From: a virus
DNA: 64,000 nucleotides
Strand: one strand, 5' to 3'
Virus record (IMG/VR): IMGVR_UViG_3300037245_003526
Coordinates: 24,297 to 88,296 of that record
Shown: piece by piece, positions 45,055 to 55,346 of the stretch
How positions within the stretch are numbered: the first letter of the stretch is position 1
How the letters are laid out: the number at the start of each line of letters is the position of its first letter
Notes under the pieces: generated by a model
The model's input: only the letters and a program-made list of their open reading frames with translations
Told to the model about the DNA's origin: nothing
Databases searched by the model: none
Program-made: the position numbers and the translations under genes

Positions 45055-48000
45055 TTATCTCCAAATCATTAAACTTATAAAGTATGAATTTAATAAATCT
45101 CTTACCGGTGCATGTTTAGGAGGTCTATACTTAGCACCACCTGTTTGAATAATATCAGATAATATTTCATTCTTTGTTACATGATCATCAGATAAAGGAC
45201 CAAAAAATTCTTCTAGTAAAGAAGGACAATTATAAGAAATAAATGAATACGTATCTAATTCACCCATTCTTTGACCACCGTCTTTTCTTTTGCCGGCAGT
45301 AGGTTGAAATGTCTTGGATGTAATAGGTCCAGTACTTCTAACATGAAGTTTTTCAGATCCTATATGTTCAAGTTTAAGCATATACAAATATCCAACTGCT
45401 ACTGGATATTTTGTTGTTGTATTATACTCTGGAAGTCTTAATTTATATCCAGGTTTTAATTTAAGTGCTTTTAAAGTAGCTAAAATTTCTTTATAAGATG
45501 GAGCTTTAAAAGGAGGAATTAATAATGTCATACTCCCGCTAGCTTTTACTTGACTAATAAATTTAGTAAACATAGCAGCAGACATACCTCTAAATTTAGA
45601 TATAAGACCCTTACTAAATTCTTTATTTTTAGTAGTATCAAGTTTAGGTAAGACTTGATTCAATAATGCCACTACTTTTGGTTTATTATTTAATTTTATT
45701 ATTTGTCTTCCTAACTCATGCGAAATTAAACCTGTATATGTTTCATAAAACTGACCAACATTCATTCTTCCTATAATACCTACAGGATTTAAAATAATAT
45801 CTATTCGATCTCCAGTTGGGGAAATAGGCATATTTTCATCTTTTTCAATTAATGAAATAATACCCTTTGCTCCATGTCTATTAGTTAACTTATCACCAAC
45901 CATAACTGGTAGCTCTTGTTCTACTTTAAATCTTATAACAACACCTTTTACATTTTCACCCCTATTAGTAAATTTTTCTTTAGGTTTTAGTTTATATCTT
46001 TTTCTGGTTCTATCAACAAGTGGTTTCAATTCTGGAAATATACTTTCTCTTAAATTAGAAAACACTTCAATATCAACAATTTTCCCACCTGGTGATTTTT
46101 TAATATAGTGTCCTGCTATGATATCAACACCTTCTTCTTCCTCGTCATAACCTATTAATTGCTCGATTTCACCCACTGTTTTTCGTATTAACACTTCACC
46201 TTTTTCAGTTTCAGCACCTAACTCAACCATTTTTATAATTCTATCACCTTTATCAATTTGTACTTCTTCAACTATTCCATGAAGTGATGTAAGGAGTTCT
46301 TTCTTAACAACTGATTCTGAAATAACAATACCATCCTCAAAATTATGACCCTTATAAGGCATAAATGCTACACATAAAGTTCTACCTAAAGCTATAGATC
46401 CAGAAGTAATACATGAACCCTCAGCAATAATTTGTTTATTTTTAACAACCTGACCAACTTTAACTACCGGTTTGAAAACACTTAAAGTATTTTTTCCAGC
46501 TCCTGATCTAAGATGAACTGGTACTATATCAATCTTATTAGTCTTCCCACCTGTGCAAGTAACACTAATAAAATCCTCAGTAATATTTTTTATTTTTCCA
46601 TTACATGGTGATCTTTTAATAAATGCATCAGATAAGACACTAGTTAATATTGATTCATATCCTGTTTGAATAGATGGTGTTTCTGGATTCTTTAGTGGTA
46701 CAGACTGTCTTTGCTGATTACATCCAAACATAACTCTGTTACCATCATTATTTTCTACAAAAGGAATTTGAGCTGCAGTAGTTGAAAGTAAACCAGAATC
46801 TTCTCCTTCCTTAATACCTTTTGGAGTTATTAAACCTCTTGCTGATGTAATATATGCATCAACAGTAAGCTGCTGAACTATTCCTACATTTTCACCTTCT
46901 GGTGTATCTAATGTATCAATATTTCCATACATAGATGTATGGACATTTCTTCCTTCCATTTGAATTGCCGTCTTATCAGGTATTCCTCCAATTGATTTAC
47001 CTACTGGAGATATTCTTGTTTTGGTAGCCATTTCTTCAACTGGATTTGCATATTCCATATCAACAACAATTTCTGAATTTATAAATTCGCTTAATACTTT
47101 TGTTGGAGATAATTCAAAAGTTGCTTTCTTGTTTCCGGATAATACTTGCTCTTTATATTCTGTATATGAAGCTAATATTTGTTTTTGTGCTAGATGTACT
47201 AAAATCTCAGAGTTTCTTATTCTTTGATTTGAGACATCATTTCTTTTTTGTGTAAATCCTTCAACTGCTTTAGACGCCATGTATTTCATTATTAAATCAA
47301 GATTACTTGGTAATTGTTGATTTATAAGAACTTGTTTAGCAACCGGATCAACAATATTTTCTAAGTTTGATTGGATTAAAAATGTAGAATTTATTCTTCC
47401 GCTCATTTTTATTATAAGATCATTAAAATATTCTTTTGTACCAAATTCTTTATCTATTTTAAATGAAGAAATATTAGCATGTATAAAAGATTGACATAAT
47501 TCTTCTTGAAGTTTAGTTTCAGCTCCATTGAAAACTATATATTTATTCGGTTCAATCAAAGATCTAAATTTTTCCTCTTTTGGACGTTCCTCTTCAAACT
47601 TATGGGTTAGATTATATAATTTTAATGTTTCTTTAAAACCAAAACTAAAAGCAAGTAGTATCATTAATGGAAGTTTATAAGAACCAATATAAGCTTCTAA
47701 GTATTCTTCTCTTATAGTTCTCTTACTCCATATATGAAATGTAGAATAACTACTTTCAAATTTTGAGTCAAATTGTTTAGGAAATGAAATAGGATTAAGA
47801 ACTATTTGATTAATTAAACATTTCTTTCTACCATTAACAAGAAATGTTCCATCTTCTGATATCTTAGGTACATCTATTCGAACTACATGTTTTTTATTAT
47901 ACATACCTGTTAATGTTACTTCGACAGTATTTATATCTGATCTACTTAGTTCACCCATATTAGTTGGTTTTTCAATTATTTTAATACTCTTATAAGTTAG

Positions 48001-49143
48001 TGGAACCTCTTTAGTTTTTAGAACCTTAAATGAGTTTGCCATATCCTTTTTAAGATTAGTTTCAAAATCAATTTTTCTCTTCTCAAATAAATGTTCAGGA
48101 GACTTATTATCAACCATTTTTGGAGCATTAGATAATTGTATTACTACATCTCCTGAAGTTGTTTCAGTCTTTTGAGGTTTTAGTAGTTCATCAGCATATT
48201 GTCTATCAACTACTTTTAATGAAAGTAATTTCTTAGCTTTAGGAATAGATTTAGCAGTTCTAGATGCCTTTTCAATATCACCTGAAGTCCTGTATAATAT
48301 TGAAGCAGTTGCAATTTCTCTAGCATCATTGTCATCAACTAAATCATAAGTAACCTTATCCATTTCTTTTTTATTTTTTGTAAAAAAGTCATAGATAGCA
48401 GCAAAAATTTTAGACCTATTAGAAGGACTAACGTCTCCATCAATTCTTCTCATTATAGAGGATGTAGCAAGACTAATTTTCTTATGTTCTTCTTCTTCTG
48501 TATCTATAAGTTTTATATTCTTTAAAAATTGTTTAACCCTTGTAAATTTGAAGTCTTTGTCTTTTATAAGCAGTCTATAATTAGATGAAGATTCATTTAT
48601 AATATTCATAATCAAATGATCATAATTAATTTCTTCCTTCTTTAAATCAAGTAATAAAGGAAATATCTTTCTATCAATTAGACTCTTTGTTTCTTTAGTA
48701 GCATCAACTGAATATAAAAGAACTTTCTGATAATTTGGAGGGAAACTACTTAGAACTTTTAAAAGCATATTTTTAATTAAGAAACCTGCTCTTTGTCTAT
48801 AATTAGTAACCTTGTATGATATGTCTATTGTATTTAAAAAACCGGAAAGGTCATATACTAAATTTTGTCCCTTTGGTACTTTCTGGTTAGAACTTAAAGC
48901 AAGTAAACTATGACTTTTATATAAATTCTTTATATCAGGAGTTAAATAAGAAATTGGAATCTTTGTACGCGGAACTATTACATACCTAACATCTATTCGT
49001 TTCAAATTCAACTTTTCGTAATCATCTATAAAAGATGAATTTTCACTAAAATAGATTAATAAAAAAGGTTCTTTTCTATTTTGAGGAAAACGAATTCCAT
49101 CTACTAGATGTGTATATTGTCTTATTGATTTGAATTGAATCAT
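45055..49143 (-). CDS. Multisubunit RNA polymerase beta-subunit homolog (set 2).
   Basis: GDKLTNRHGAKGIIS, and CNQQRQS-like and other beta-region motifs. 1362 aa. Confidence 0.85.
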   Translation of the reverse strand: MIQFKSIRQYTHLVDGIRFPQNRKEPFLLIYFSENSSFIDDYEKLNLKRIDVRYVIVPRTKIPISYLTPDIKNLYKSHSLLALSSNQKVPKGQNLVYDLSGFLNTIDISYKVTNYRQRAGFLIKNMLLKVLSSFPPNYQKVLLYSVDATKETKSLIDRKIFPLLLDLKKEEINYDHLIMNIINESSSNYRLLIKDKDFKFTRVKQFLKNIKLIDTEEEEHKKISLATSSIMRRIDGDVSPSNRSKIFAAIYDFFTKNKKEMDKVTYDLVDDNDAREIATASILYRTSGDIEKASRTAKSIPKAKKLLSLKVVDRQYADELLKPQKTETTSGDVVIQLSNAPKMVDNKSPEHLFEKRKIDFETNLKKDMANSFKVLKTKEVPLTYKSIKIIEKPTNMGELSRSDINTVEVTLTGMYNKKHVVRIDVPKISEDGTFLVNGRKKCLINQIVLNPISFPKQFDSKFESSYSTFHIWSKRTIREEYLEAYIGSYKLPLMILLAFSFGFKETLKLYNLTHKFEEERPKEEKFRSLIEPNKYIVFNGAETKLQEELCQSFIHANISSFKIDKEFGTKEYFNDLIIKMSGRINSTFLIQSNLENIVDPVAKQVLINQQLPSNLDLIMKYMASKAVEGFTQKRNDVSNQRIRNSEILVHLAQKQILASYTEYKEQVLSGNKKATFELSPTKVLSEFINSEIVVDMEYANPVEEMATKTRISPVGKSIGGIPDKTAIQMEGRNVHTSMYGNIDTLDTPEGENVGIVQQLTVDAYITSARGLITPKGIKEGEDSGLLSTTAAQIPFVENNDGNRVMFGCNQQRQSVPLKNPETPSIQTGYESILTSVLSDAFIKRSPCNGKIKNITEDFISVTCTGGKTNKIDIVPVHLRSGAGKNTLSVFKPVVKVGQVVKNKQIIAEGSCITSGSIALGRTLCVAFMPYKGHNFEDGIVISESVVKKELLTSLHGIVEEVQIDKGDRIIKMVELGAETEKGEVLIRKTVGEIEQLIGYDEEEEGVDIIAGHYIKKSPGGKIVDIEVFSNLRESIFPELKPLVDRTRKRYKLKPKEKFTNRGENVKGVVIRFKVEQELPVMVGDKLTNRHGAKGIISLIEKDENMPISPTGDRIDIILNPVGIIGRMNVGQFYETYTGLISHELGRQIIKLNNKPKVVALLNQVLPKLDTTKNKEFSKGLISKFRGMSAAMFTKFISQVKASGSMTLLIPPFKAPSYKEILATLKALKLKPGYKLRLPEYNTTTKYPVAVGYLYMLKLEHIGSEKLHVRSTGPITSKTFQPTAGKRKDGGQRMGELDTYSFISYNCPSLLEEFFGPLSDDHVTKNEILSDIIQTGGAKYRPPKHAPVRDLLNSYFISLMIWR

Positions 49144-49149
49144 ATTCTA

Positions 49150-49899
49150 TTACCTGTTCCTATATGTAGAGCTTCCAAGTCTTGTTGATCTTCTTTCACC
49201 TTCTTTAAGTGTTCCTGTCATAACTCGTTCTATTATTGAAGTTTCTACTCGTTCTTCAGAAATTAAACCAGTCTTAATAGCATCATTAATATTCTCAAAT
49301 GCTAGACCGTTTATAAATCCTTCTGAGAATATTACCTTCTTTAAATTAACCAAAACAGGATCCCATTTTCTAGCAAGTCTAGCAGGTTGTTGTAAATTAT
49401 TCTTGTCCCTTAAAACCTGACTACAAACAACCTCTAAATGAACAGCATCCATATCAGAGTTTTTAGCATATACAGCTAATATTTTTCTAAATAAATGTGA
49501 TGCATCCTTTAATAGTTCTCTACCACCTATAAGTCTTTCAACATAAGCTATCTGTCCCTTTATCTCCGCTGCCTCAGTCGAAACTTCAAGTATAGTTGAG
49601 TTAGCTTCATATTGTAATTTTATATATTCCCTTCCTATTTTTTCAAGTTCATATACCTTTAACTCAACAGAATAATCCAATGTAATATCAATAATCTTAT
49701 CACTAAATTCTGCTTTTGATATTAAAGATTTAACCCATATCTTACCATTCTCAATTCGCATATTCTCTTTATCATATTGTGTCATGTCCAATGTAATCGT
49801 ACATGGCTTAATAGCAACTAAAACATTCTCTTCCTGCTTTAAATATTCCTTTATTTTTTTTGCCATTATAATTATACCCTTTTTGGATGAGTCTTCCAT
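49150..49899 (-). CDS. Hypothetical protein between RNAP beta and beta-prime of set 2.
   Basis: 249-aa ORF. Confidence 0.4.
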   Translation of the reverse strand: MEDSSKKGIIIMAKKIKEYLKQEENVLVAIKPCTITLDMTQYDKENMRIENGKIWVKSLISKAEFSDKIIDITLDYSVELKVYELEKIGREYIKLQYEANSTILEVSTEAAEIKGQIAYVERLIGGRELLKDASHLFRKILAVYAKNSDMDAVHLEVVCSQVLRDKNNLQQPARLARKWDPVLVNLKKVIFSEGFINGLAFENINDAIKTGLISEERVETSIIERVMTGTLKEGERRSTRLGSSTYRNR

Positions 49900-50174
49900 A
49901 ACTTTCTATTTTCTTCTTTTCTTCTTTTCTCTTCTTTTTTACGAGCTTCTATCTTTTTTATTTTATCTACGTTTTCTGATTTTTTAAGATTAAGTTCCTT
50001 TTTTTGTTTTTTATTTTTTGCTTTTACTTTTGCTATTTTATATAATGTAGAAGTACCTATTCCTGCAGCAATTATTGCAGATAGCGAAATACCATGTTTT
50101 TTTGCTAATCTCTTAATTTTATCTAATTTCTCACCCTCTGTTTGAATACAACTTAAGTAATTTTCAAGTATCAT
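49872..50174 (-). CDS. Small basic K/E/R-rich protein.
   Basis: 100 aa (KKEEKRRKEENRK). Confidence 0.3.
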   Translation of the reverse strand: MILENYLSCIQTEGEKLDKIKRLAKKHGISLSAIIAAGIGTSTLYKIAKVKAKNKKQKKELNLKKSENVDKIKKIEARKKEEKRRKEENRKLWKTHPKRV

Positions 50175-50176
50175 TT

Positions 50177-52522
50177 TTATACCTCCAATCCTGATAAAGG
50201 ATCGTTATTTATAATATCATTTAACATTTCTCTTTTAATTAATGTGACTGCTCCACCAGTATGGAAGCTACGCATAATTAATTGAGTCCCCCTCTCTCCA
50301 ATTATTTGAGAAGCTAATATTCCAATAAAAGGAGTTCGGTGTCTATTTAATAATTTTCCATAACATGTATGACAAATTTTAGCTGACTTACAAAATACTG
50401 GACTTCTTAAATTAACTATATCTCCAACTTTAACTTTTGATGCTTCAATAGTCATTAATTTTCCATTTTTAATAACATATCTACCAGATAATCTACTTAA
50501 TAAATCTGCAGTAAGTTTAAGATCTAAAGTACGTTTAGTACCACAATCTTTAAGATTTCTATTAATCTCAACTGTATTTAATAAGTAAGCCAATTTTCTC
50601 GACATATATCCTGTATCAGCAGTATTAATAACACGGTCAATAGTTCCTTTACGAGCTCCTTGAGATGCATTGAAATATTCTACATTAGTAAGACCATCTG
50701 CAAATGAACCTGAAATAGGATCAAGAATATTTCCATCAGAGTCTCCAATAATTCCCTTAGCTACAAGAATTTGCATTGGTTGACCCCAACCCTTTGTTGA
50801 TCCAGATTCAACTAAATCACCAAATCCTGTATCTTTTAATTCTTTTTCTACTATTTTTTGAGCTTCAGCAAGTAATTTTTCTGCTTCTTCAGGAGTAGCA
50901 GTTTTTAATTTATCTTTTATTACATATATTTTTTTAGGGAGTTCAAAAGTATCTAAAGTCAAGCTTGGAGCTCCTATAGTTACCCATTTAAATCCTTCCT
51001 CTTTTAATCTATCAATAACCTTCATTGTTACTTCTTGACCTAGTTTATTAAAAATCTTTTCTATCAATTCGCTAACAACTTTTTTAGTAGCTATCTCATT
51101 TACAAATGGTATAACCTTAGGTAAACAACTATTGAATATTGCTCTTCCTGCTGTAGAAGTAACTCCTCTATATCTTACAGGTCTATAAATTTCACCTGTA
51201 TATTTTTGTAGTTCTTCAGTAGTTACCGCAATTGATGGTTTAGAAACTTTTTTATTTTTTGTTAAAATATAAAACCCACCCCACATTTCCTTCTTAAAAT
51301 CAAAAGCAAATTTTCTAGATGAAGTTCCGCTGGTAAGTCTCATCATTTTTTCTCTTGCTTCTGTTTGTGCTTCATCAGTAAGAGGGTGAAATACAGCAAC
51401 TGTGTCACCGTCAAAGTCAGCATTATGAGCCTCGACTTGGACAGTTGACATTAATATAGTATTACCTCTATGTAAAACAGGATTATAACCTAAATAACTT
51501 TGTGTTTGTAAAACAGGATCTCGTTTTAGAACTATTACTCTACCCTTCATTGCAACTTCAGTAGCTTCATAAAATAACTCATATAAAGTCACTGGTATTT
51601 TATCACCTTCTTTAATAGATTTAATAATTTTTTTAACACTATCAACTGATAATTCAAGACCTGTATATTTTTCTACCTCTTCTGCTAGTATATTTTTATC
51701 CACTTTTCCTGAATATAATAATCTATGCATAAGAAATGGTTCGAATAAACCAACTGCCATTCGTAATGGAATACCTGCTTCATTAGTCTTCATTTCTGGA
51801 CCTGGACTAATAACTGCTCTTCCACTAAAGTCTACACGTTTACCAAGCATAAGCTTTCTTACAATACCAGACTTTTTACTTATTTTAGATCTAATAAAAT
51901 TATCATGTTCTAAAATAGCATTTTGTAATGCATAATTTAAAAGATCATAAAGCGGACCAGAACCACTAGAACGAACTTGAGATGCTCTTCTCATAACTGT
52001 AAGATAAACATCATTCAACGGATCTATCATCCAATTACCATCGTCTTGTCGTAATGCTGGTCTTAAGTCAGGAGGAATGACTGGTAACTTATCTAAAAAA
52101 ATTGTATCTCTTTTATTCTCTTTTTTTAGAAAATCTATAAGCTTATCTCTCGTTTCTGTTTCCCCGCGAAATTTAATCTTTGGAAACATTTTTATAAACT
52201 CTTTAATTCCAGTTACTCCACCTCTATCTACCATCACAAGTTTTTTCTCTTCATCTAAAATAAACGATCTTTCAGTTGATAAAAATTTTTCTATTTTCTT
52301 ATCGAGTTGAAGTATTATTCTATAAGCGGCAGGATGAATTATTTTAGCATTTAATTCAATATATGAAAAGATCAATCTTCTTTCTTTAGAACCTTCTGGA
52401 CCGAAAATTCTTTCACTAAAAAGACCATTCTCATGAAATCCTCCTGATCTATCAGTGGATAACATAGATGTAACCGGATTAAGATTCCTAATAAAACCTT
52501 TCAAAGAAATAAGTTTTAGCAT
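50177..52522 (-). CDS. Multisubunit RNA polymerase beta-prime-subunit homolog (set 2).
   Basis: The catalytic NADFDGD, and a trigger-loop region CHTCYGKLLNRHRTPFIGILASQIIGERGTQLIMRSFHTGGA. 781 aa. Confidence 0.85.
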   Translation of the reverse strand: MLKLISLKGFIRNLNPVTSMLSTDRSGGFHENGLFSERIFGPEGSKERRLIFSYIELNAKIIHPAAYRIILQLDKKIEKFLSTERSFILDEEKKLVMVDRGGVTGIKEFIKMFPKIKFRGETETRDKLIDFLKKENKRDTIFLDKLPVIPPDLRPALRQDDGNWMIDPLNDVYLTVMRRASQVRSSGSGPLYDLLNYALQNAILEHDNFIRSKISKKSGIVRKLMLGKRVDFSGRAVISPGPEMKTNEAGIPLRMAVGLFEPFLMHRLLYSGKVDKNILAEEVEKYTGLELSVDSVKKIIKSIKEGDKIPVTLYELFYEATEVAMKGRVIVLKRDPVLQTQSYLGYNPVLHRGNTILMSTVQVEAHNADFDGDTVAVFHPLTDEAQTEAREKMMRLTSGTSSRKFAFDFKKEMWGGFYILTKNKKVSKPSIAVTTEELQKYTGEIYRPVRYRGVTSTAGRAIFNSCLPKVIPFVNEIATKKVVSELIEKIFNKLGQEVTMKVIDRLKEEGFKWVTIGAPSLTLDTFELPKKIYVIKDKLKTATPEEAEKLLAEAQKIVEKELKDTGFGDLVESGSTKGWGQPMQILVAKGIIGDSDGNILDPISGSFADGLTNVEYFNASQGARKGTIDRVINTADTGYMSRKLAYLLNTVEINRNLKDCGTKRTLDLKLTADLLSRLSGRYVIKNGKLMTIEASKVKVGDIVNLRSPVFCKSAKICHTCYGKLLNRHRTPFIGILASQIIGERGTQLIMRSFHTGGAVTLIKREMLNDIINNDPLSGLEV

Positions 52523-52525
52523 TTA

Positions 52526-52945
52526 TTATTTTTTCCCTAATTCATTTCTAAGTCTTGTAGTAGATAATCTTTTCAAATATGCTTGTCTATTACTCTTCGG
52601 TAGTGGTTTAGAATATTTAGCATTCATTTTACTTAATTTATTAATTATTACTTGAAGTTGGTCTGGTGGAACTTCTGGTTTACCTGCTAATTTTTTAGCA
52701 AGTTTCATAGAAAATTGTATCATTTCAGGACTTCTCATACCTGCTCTTGAACATATAGGAAATAAAACACTACCTGATTTTTTTCTTATTGTTAAATAAC
52801 ATTTGTTATTTTTGATAGAGTCCTTGGCCATATAATCAGCTGTAAGAAATTTAAGATCATCATGATGAGACATAGGGGAAATTAAATTAGTAGCTTGTCT
52901 AAGAAGCTCTTCCAATACTTGAAAACTCTTTTGTAACTTTTCCAT
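52526..52945 (-). CDS. Hypothetical protein.
   Basis: 139-aa ORF immediately downstream of beta-prime set 2. Confidence 0.35.
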   Translation of the reverse strand: MEKLQKSFQVLEELLRQATNLISPMSHHDDLKFLTADYMAKDSIKNNKCYLTIRKKSGSVLFPICSRAGMRSPEMIQFSMKLAKKLAGKPEVPPDQLQVIINKLSKMNAKYSKPLPKSNRQAYLKRLSTTRLRNELGKK

Positions 52946-53063
52946 TTTTAAACTCCCATTATAAGTTTATATTTTGTTCTAAAAAAAATCACTTTTTACT
53001 AGCGCTATATTTTTTATATCTTTATTTTGAAAGTATAACTTATTAATGAATATATATGGAGTT

Positions 53064-53579
53064 TTACTTTATAACATATTTTCTAACCATTGATTCTACA
53101 ACAGCAGCATCAACAAAATTACCTGGACATGTAAGTTCTTCATCACTTGAAACTTCACTATGAAATTTAATCTTGCTAGGAGATAAAGTAAACATCTTTA
53201 AAAATGGATTCAGAACTCTATATGCAAGAACTTCATAACATCTTTTTTCTGGAATTTTAAAATCATAGTTACCCATTAAAGCTACATGGATTGCATTGTT
53301 GTTTATATCAGAAGAGATGTCATCCCAATCACATAAATAGACTGATGGACGGCAAATTATTGGTTGGTAATCTTCTTTAATTTTATCTATTACATAGTGA
53401 TAATTTATATCACCTTGTTTCTTTTCTAAAACTCCCTTAGTTAAACCAGGCATCTGAAATTTAGAATTATCAATTCTTGATTCAGGGTTGTCATATATTT
53501 CAGAGGTATGATGGAGGATAATCCATCTCACTTTTCCTCGTCTTACTTTGAACATACTTGGTTTAAATGGTATTTTCAT
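53064..53579 (-). CDS. N-acetylmuramoyl-L-alanine amidase of the Amidase_2/PGRP family, T7-lysozyme-like (cell-wall hydrolase).
   Basis: WIILHHTSE, NYHYVI, NAIHVALMGN, and KFHSEV...CPGN parallel the T7 lysozyme zinc ligands His/His/Cys and its core motifs. Confidence 0.65.
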   Translation of the reverse strand: MKIPFKPSMFKVRRGKVRWIILHHTSEIYDNPESRIDNSKFQMPGLTKGVLEKKQGDINYHYVIDKIKEDYQPIICRPSVYLCDWDDISSDINNNAIHVALMGNYDFKIPEKRCYEVLAYRVLNPFLKMFTLSPSKIKFHSEVSSDEELTCPGNFVDAAVVESMVRKYVIK

Positions 53580-53588
53580 AATTAATCC

Positions 53589-54407
53589 TTATGTAAAGAA
53601 ACTTTTAATTTCATCAGGTACTCTAGATGGAGCAGCAACTAAACTTTTAAGAGCAGCAGTTCCAGTAGCAATAGATGCAGTTGCAGAATTTAAAGCAGTA
53701 TCGCCAGTATCTAATAAATCTGCTTGTGCATCAATTATAATATCTTTTTGTGCTTGAGAAATTCCAGAATCATTCATCAATCTGTCATCTTGTAAAAATC
53801 CATCATCATCAACATACATTTCATCTAATAAATAATCAACATATTGAATCTTATTAGTTAGATCTGCTCCAGTACATATAGCATCCATACAATCGAATAA
53901 TTCATCAATAGATGAAAGAAAATCAGGTACCTTTAATTCCTCAAGTAGTCTATTAACAGCATTAATAGCAGTAGCTATTGGTAATTCAACTAATGATGTT
54001 AATAATTGTAACTGATCTTCTAAAGCACTAATTGAAGCATTTAATGTGTTATTTAATAGTTCAAATGCTATATTATTTGCACTTTGTGCATTTATTGTAT
54101 CTTCTAAAAGACCACATGCTTCCATCATAGTAAGCCATTCATCATCACCCTCAACAACAGGTATAGTTCCTAAAACTGCATCAAAAATATCATTTAAACC
54201 ATCCTCAATATCACCAATAGCTGAAGCAGCTTCTCCTACTATGTCATCTAATAGATCTCGTATAGCATCAACTGGAGCATCAATTGCATCTGCAGTCATT
54301 TCTAAAACTTCTATTGCTGCATCTAATTGTTTTTCAAAACTAGCGCATACAGATCCTTGTGGTCCAGATGATAATTCTGGCATATCAATTACTGGTGGTA
54401 TAGCCAT
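53589..54407 (-). CDS. Acidic Ala/Asp/Leu-rich helical protein.
   Basis: 272 aa with a low-complexity acidic composition. Its GC looks higher than its neighbours. Confidence 0.35.
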   Translation of the reverse strand: MAIPPVIDMPELSSGPQGSVCASFEKQLDAAIEVLEMTADAIDAPVDAIRDLLDDIVGEAASAIGDIEDGLNDIFDAVLGTIPVVEGDDEWLTMMEACGLLEDTINAQSANNIAFELLNNTLNASISALEDQLQLLTSLVELPIATAINAVNRLLEELKVPDFLSSIDELFDCMDAICTGADLTNKIQYVDYLLDEMYVDDDGFLQDDRLMNDSGISQAQKDIIIDAQADLLDTGDTALNSATASIATGTAALKSLVAAPSRVPDEIKSFFT

Positions 54408-54412
54408 TTTAT

Positions 54413-55336
54413 TTACCTTTCTCCACTAGGTTTATCGGGTGTTACTCCAGATGCTAGAGCAGCAAAACCTCCGCTATTTTCTGAGACAACAGATCCATCT
54501 ATAGTAACTGGTCCAGCCGATTGAATAGCAGTATTTTTTATAGATTTTAGATTCATAGATCCATTTGCTTGATCATTAATATTAGCTCCTGCTTTTCTTT
54601 GAATACCTGTAGCAGCTTCTTGAAGAATTTGAGAAGCTTTTATTTTCAAATCTCCAGTAGCTTCAATATGAATATTTTTTGCTTTTATTTTTAAATCTCC
54701 AGCCATTTCAATATTAAGAGTTTTATTCTTAATATCAAAATTGATATAATCACCAAAACGAGACTTTATTAAAATTTTCTCATTAGCATAAGCTCCATCA
54801 GTTCCTGGTCTTTCATCTAATAAAATTGTATTCTGATTATTAGTTATTGTATAAACTGAATCTGTATCTCCGCTTGGTGGTTCTTTTATCATATGTTTTT
54901 TTCCAGTTATTTCAACTCTAGCATCATCAGGATCATCTGAAATAACTATGCATCTTCCATCATGTGATTTAAATATTACCCATTTATCTTCATGATCATT
55001 TCCGAGTTGACATTCAGGTAACACTTTTGCATTTTCAAGATCACAAGCAGCAAAATAATATGGTTTATTAATATTTCCAGCTTCAAAAAATACCCAAACC
55101 CAACTTCCATTTTTTGGAATATAACATGTACCCATAAACTGATGTTCAGGGTCATCATTTTCATTTCTTCCACCAATAGGATTATTGGCAGGTCTAGCAA
55201 GAAGTCCAGCATTTTCTTCAGTAACTTCAGGCATTATTTGAGGAATCCAAACTACTACTCTTCCGAAAAATTCAGTATCCTTATTTCCTATAACCTTCGC
55301 TCTATAAAATCCTAGTAGTCTATCTCCGACATCCAT
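54413..55336 (-). CDS. Baseplate central spike / cell-puncturing protein (gp5 or VgrG-like OB-fold plus beta-helix).
   Basis: N-terminal FYRAKVIGNKDTEFFGRVVVWIP fits the gp5/VgrG OB-fold pattern. The C-terminus has repeats GDLKIKAKNIHIEATGDLKIKASQI typical of spike beta-helices. Confidence 0.5.
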   Translation of the reverse strand: MDVGDRLLGFYRAKVIGNKDTEFFGRVVVWIPQIMPEVTEENAGLLARPANNPIGGRNENDDPEHQFMGTCYIPKNGSWVWVFFEAGNINKPYYFAACDLENAKVLPECQLGNDHEDKWVIFKSHDGRCIVISDDPDDARVEITGKKHMIKEPPSGDTDSVYTITNNQNTILLDERPGTDGAYANEKILIKSRFGDYINFDIKNKTLNIEMAGDLKIKAKNIHIEATGDLKIKASQILQEAATGIQRKAGANINDQANGSMNLKSIKNTAIQSAGPVTIDGSVVSENSGGFAALASGVTPDKPSGER

Positions 55337-55346
55337 AAATTCACTC

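Noticed and set aside
17617-55212. Short minus-strand ORFs nested in other frames of larger genes (17617-17799, 22033-22215, 23868-24068, 41802-41987, 42225-42443, 54976-55212).
   Set aside because: They fully overlap the larger ORFs (861-aa protein, family member, SbcC, 305-aa protein, spike) and have no independent support.
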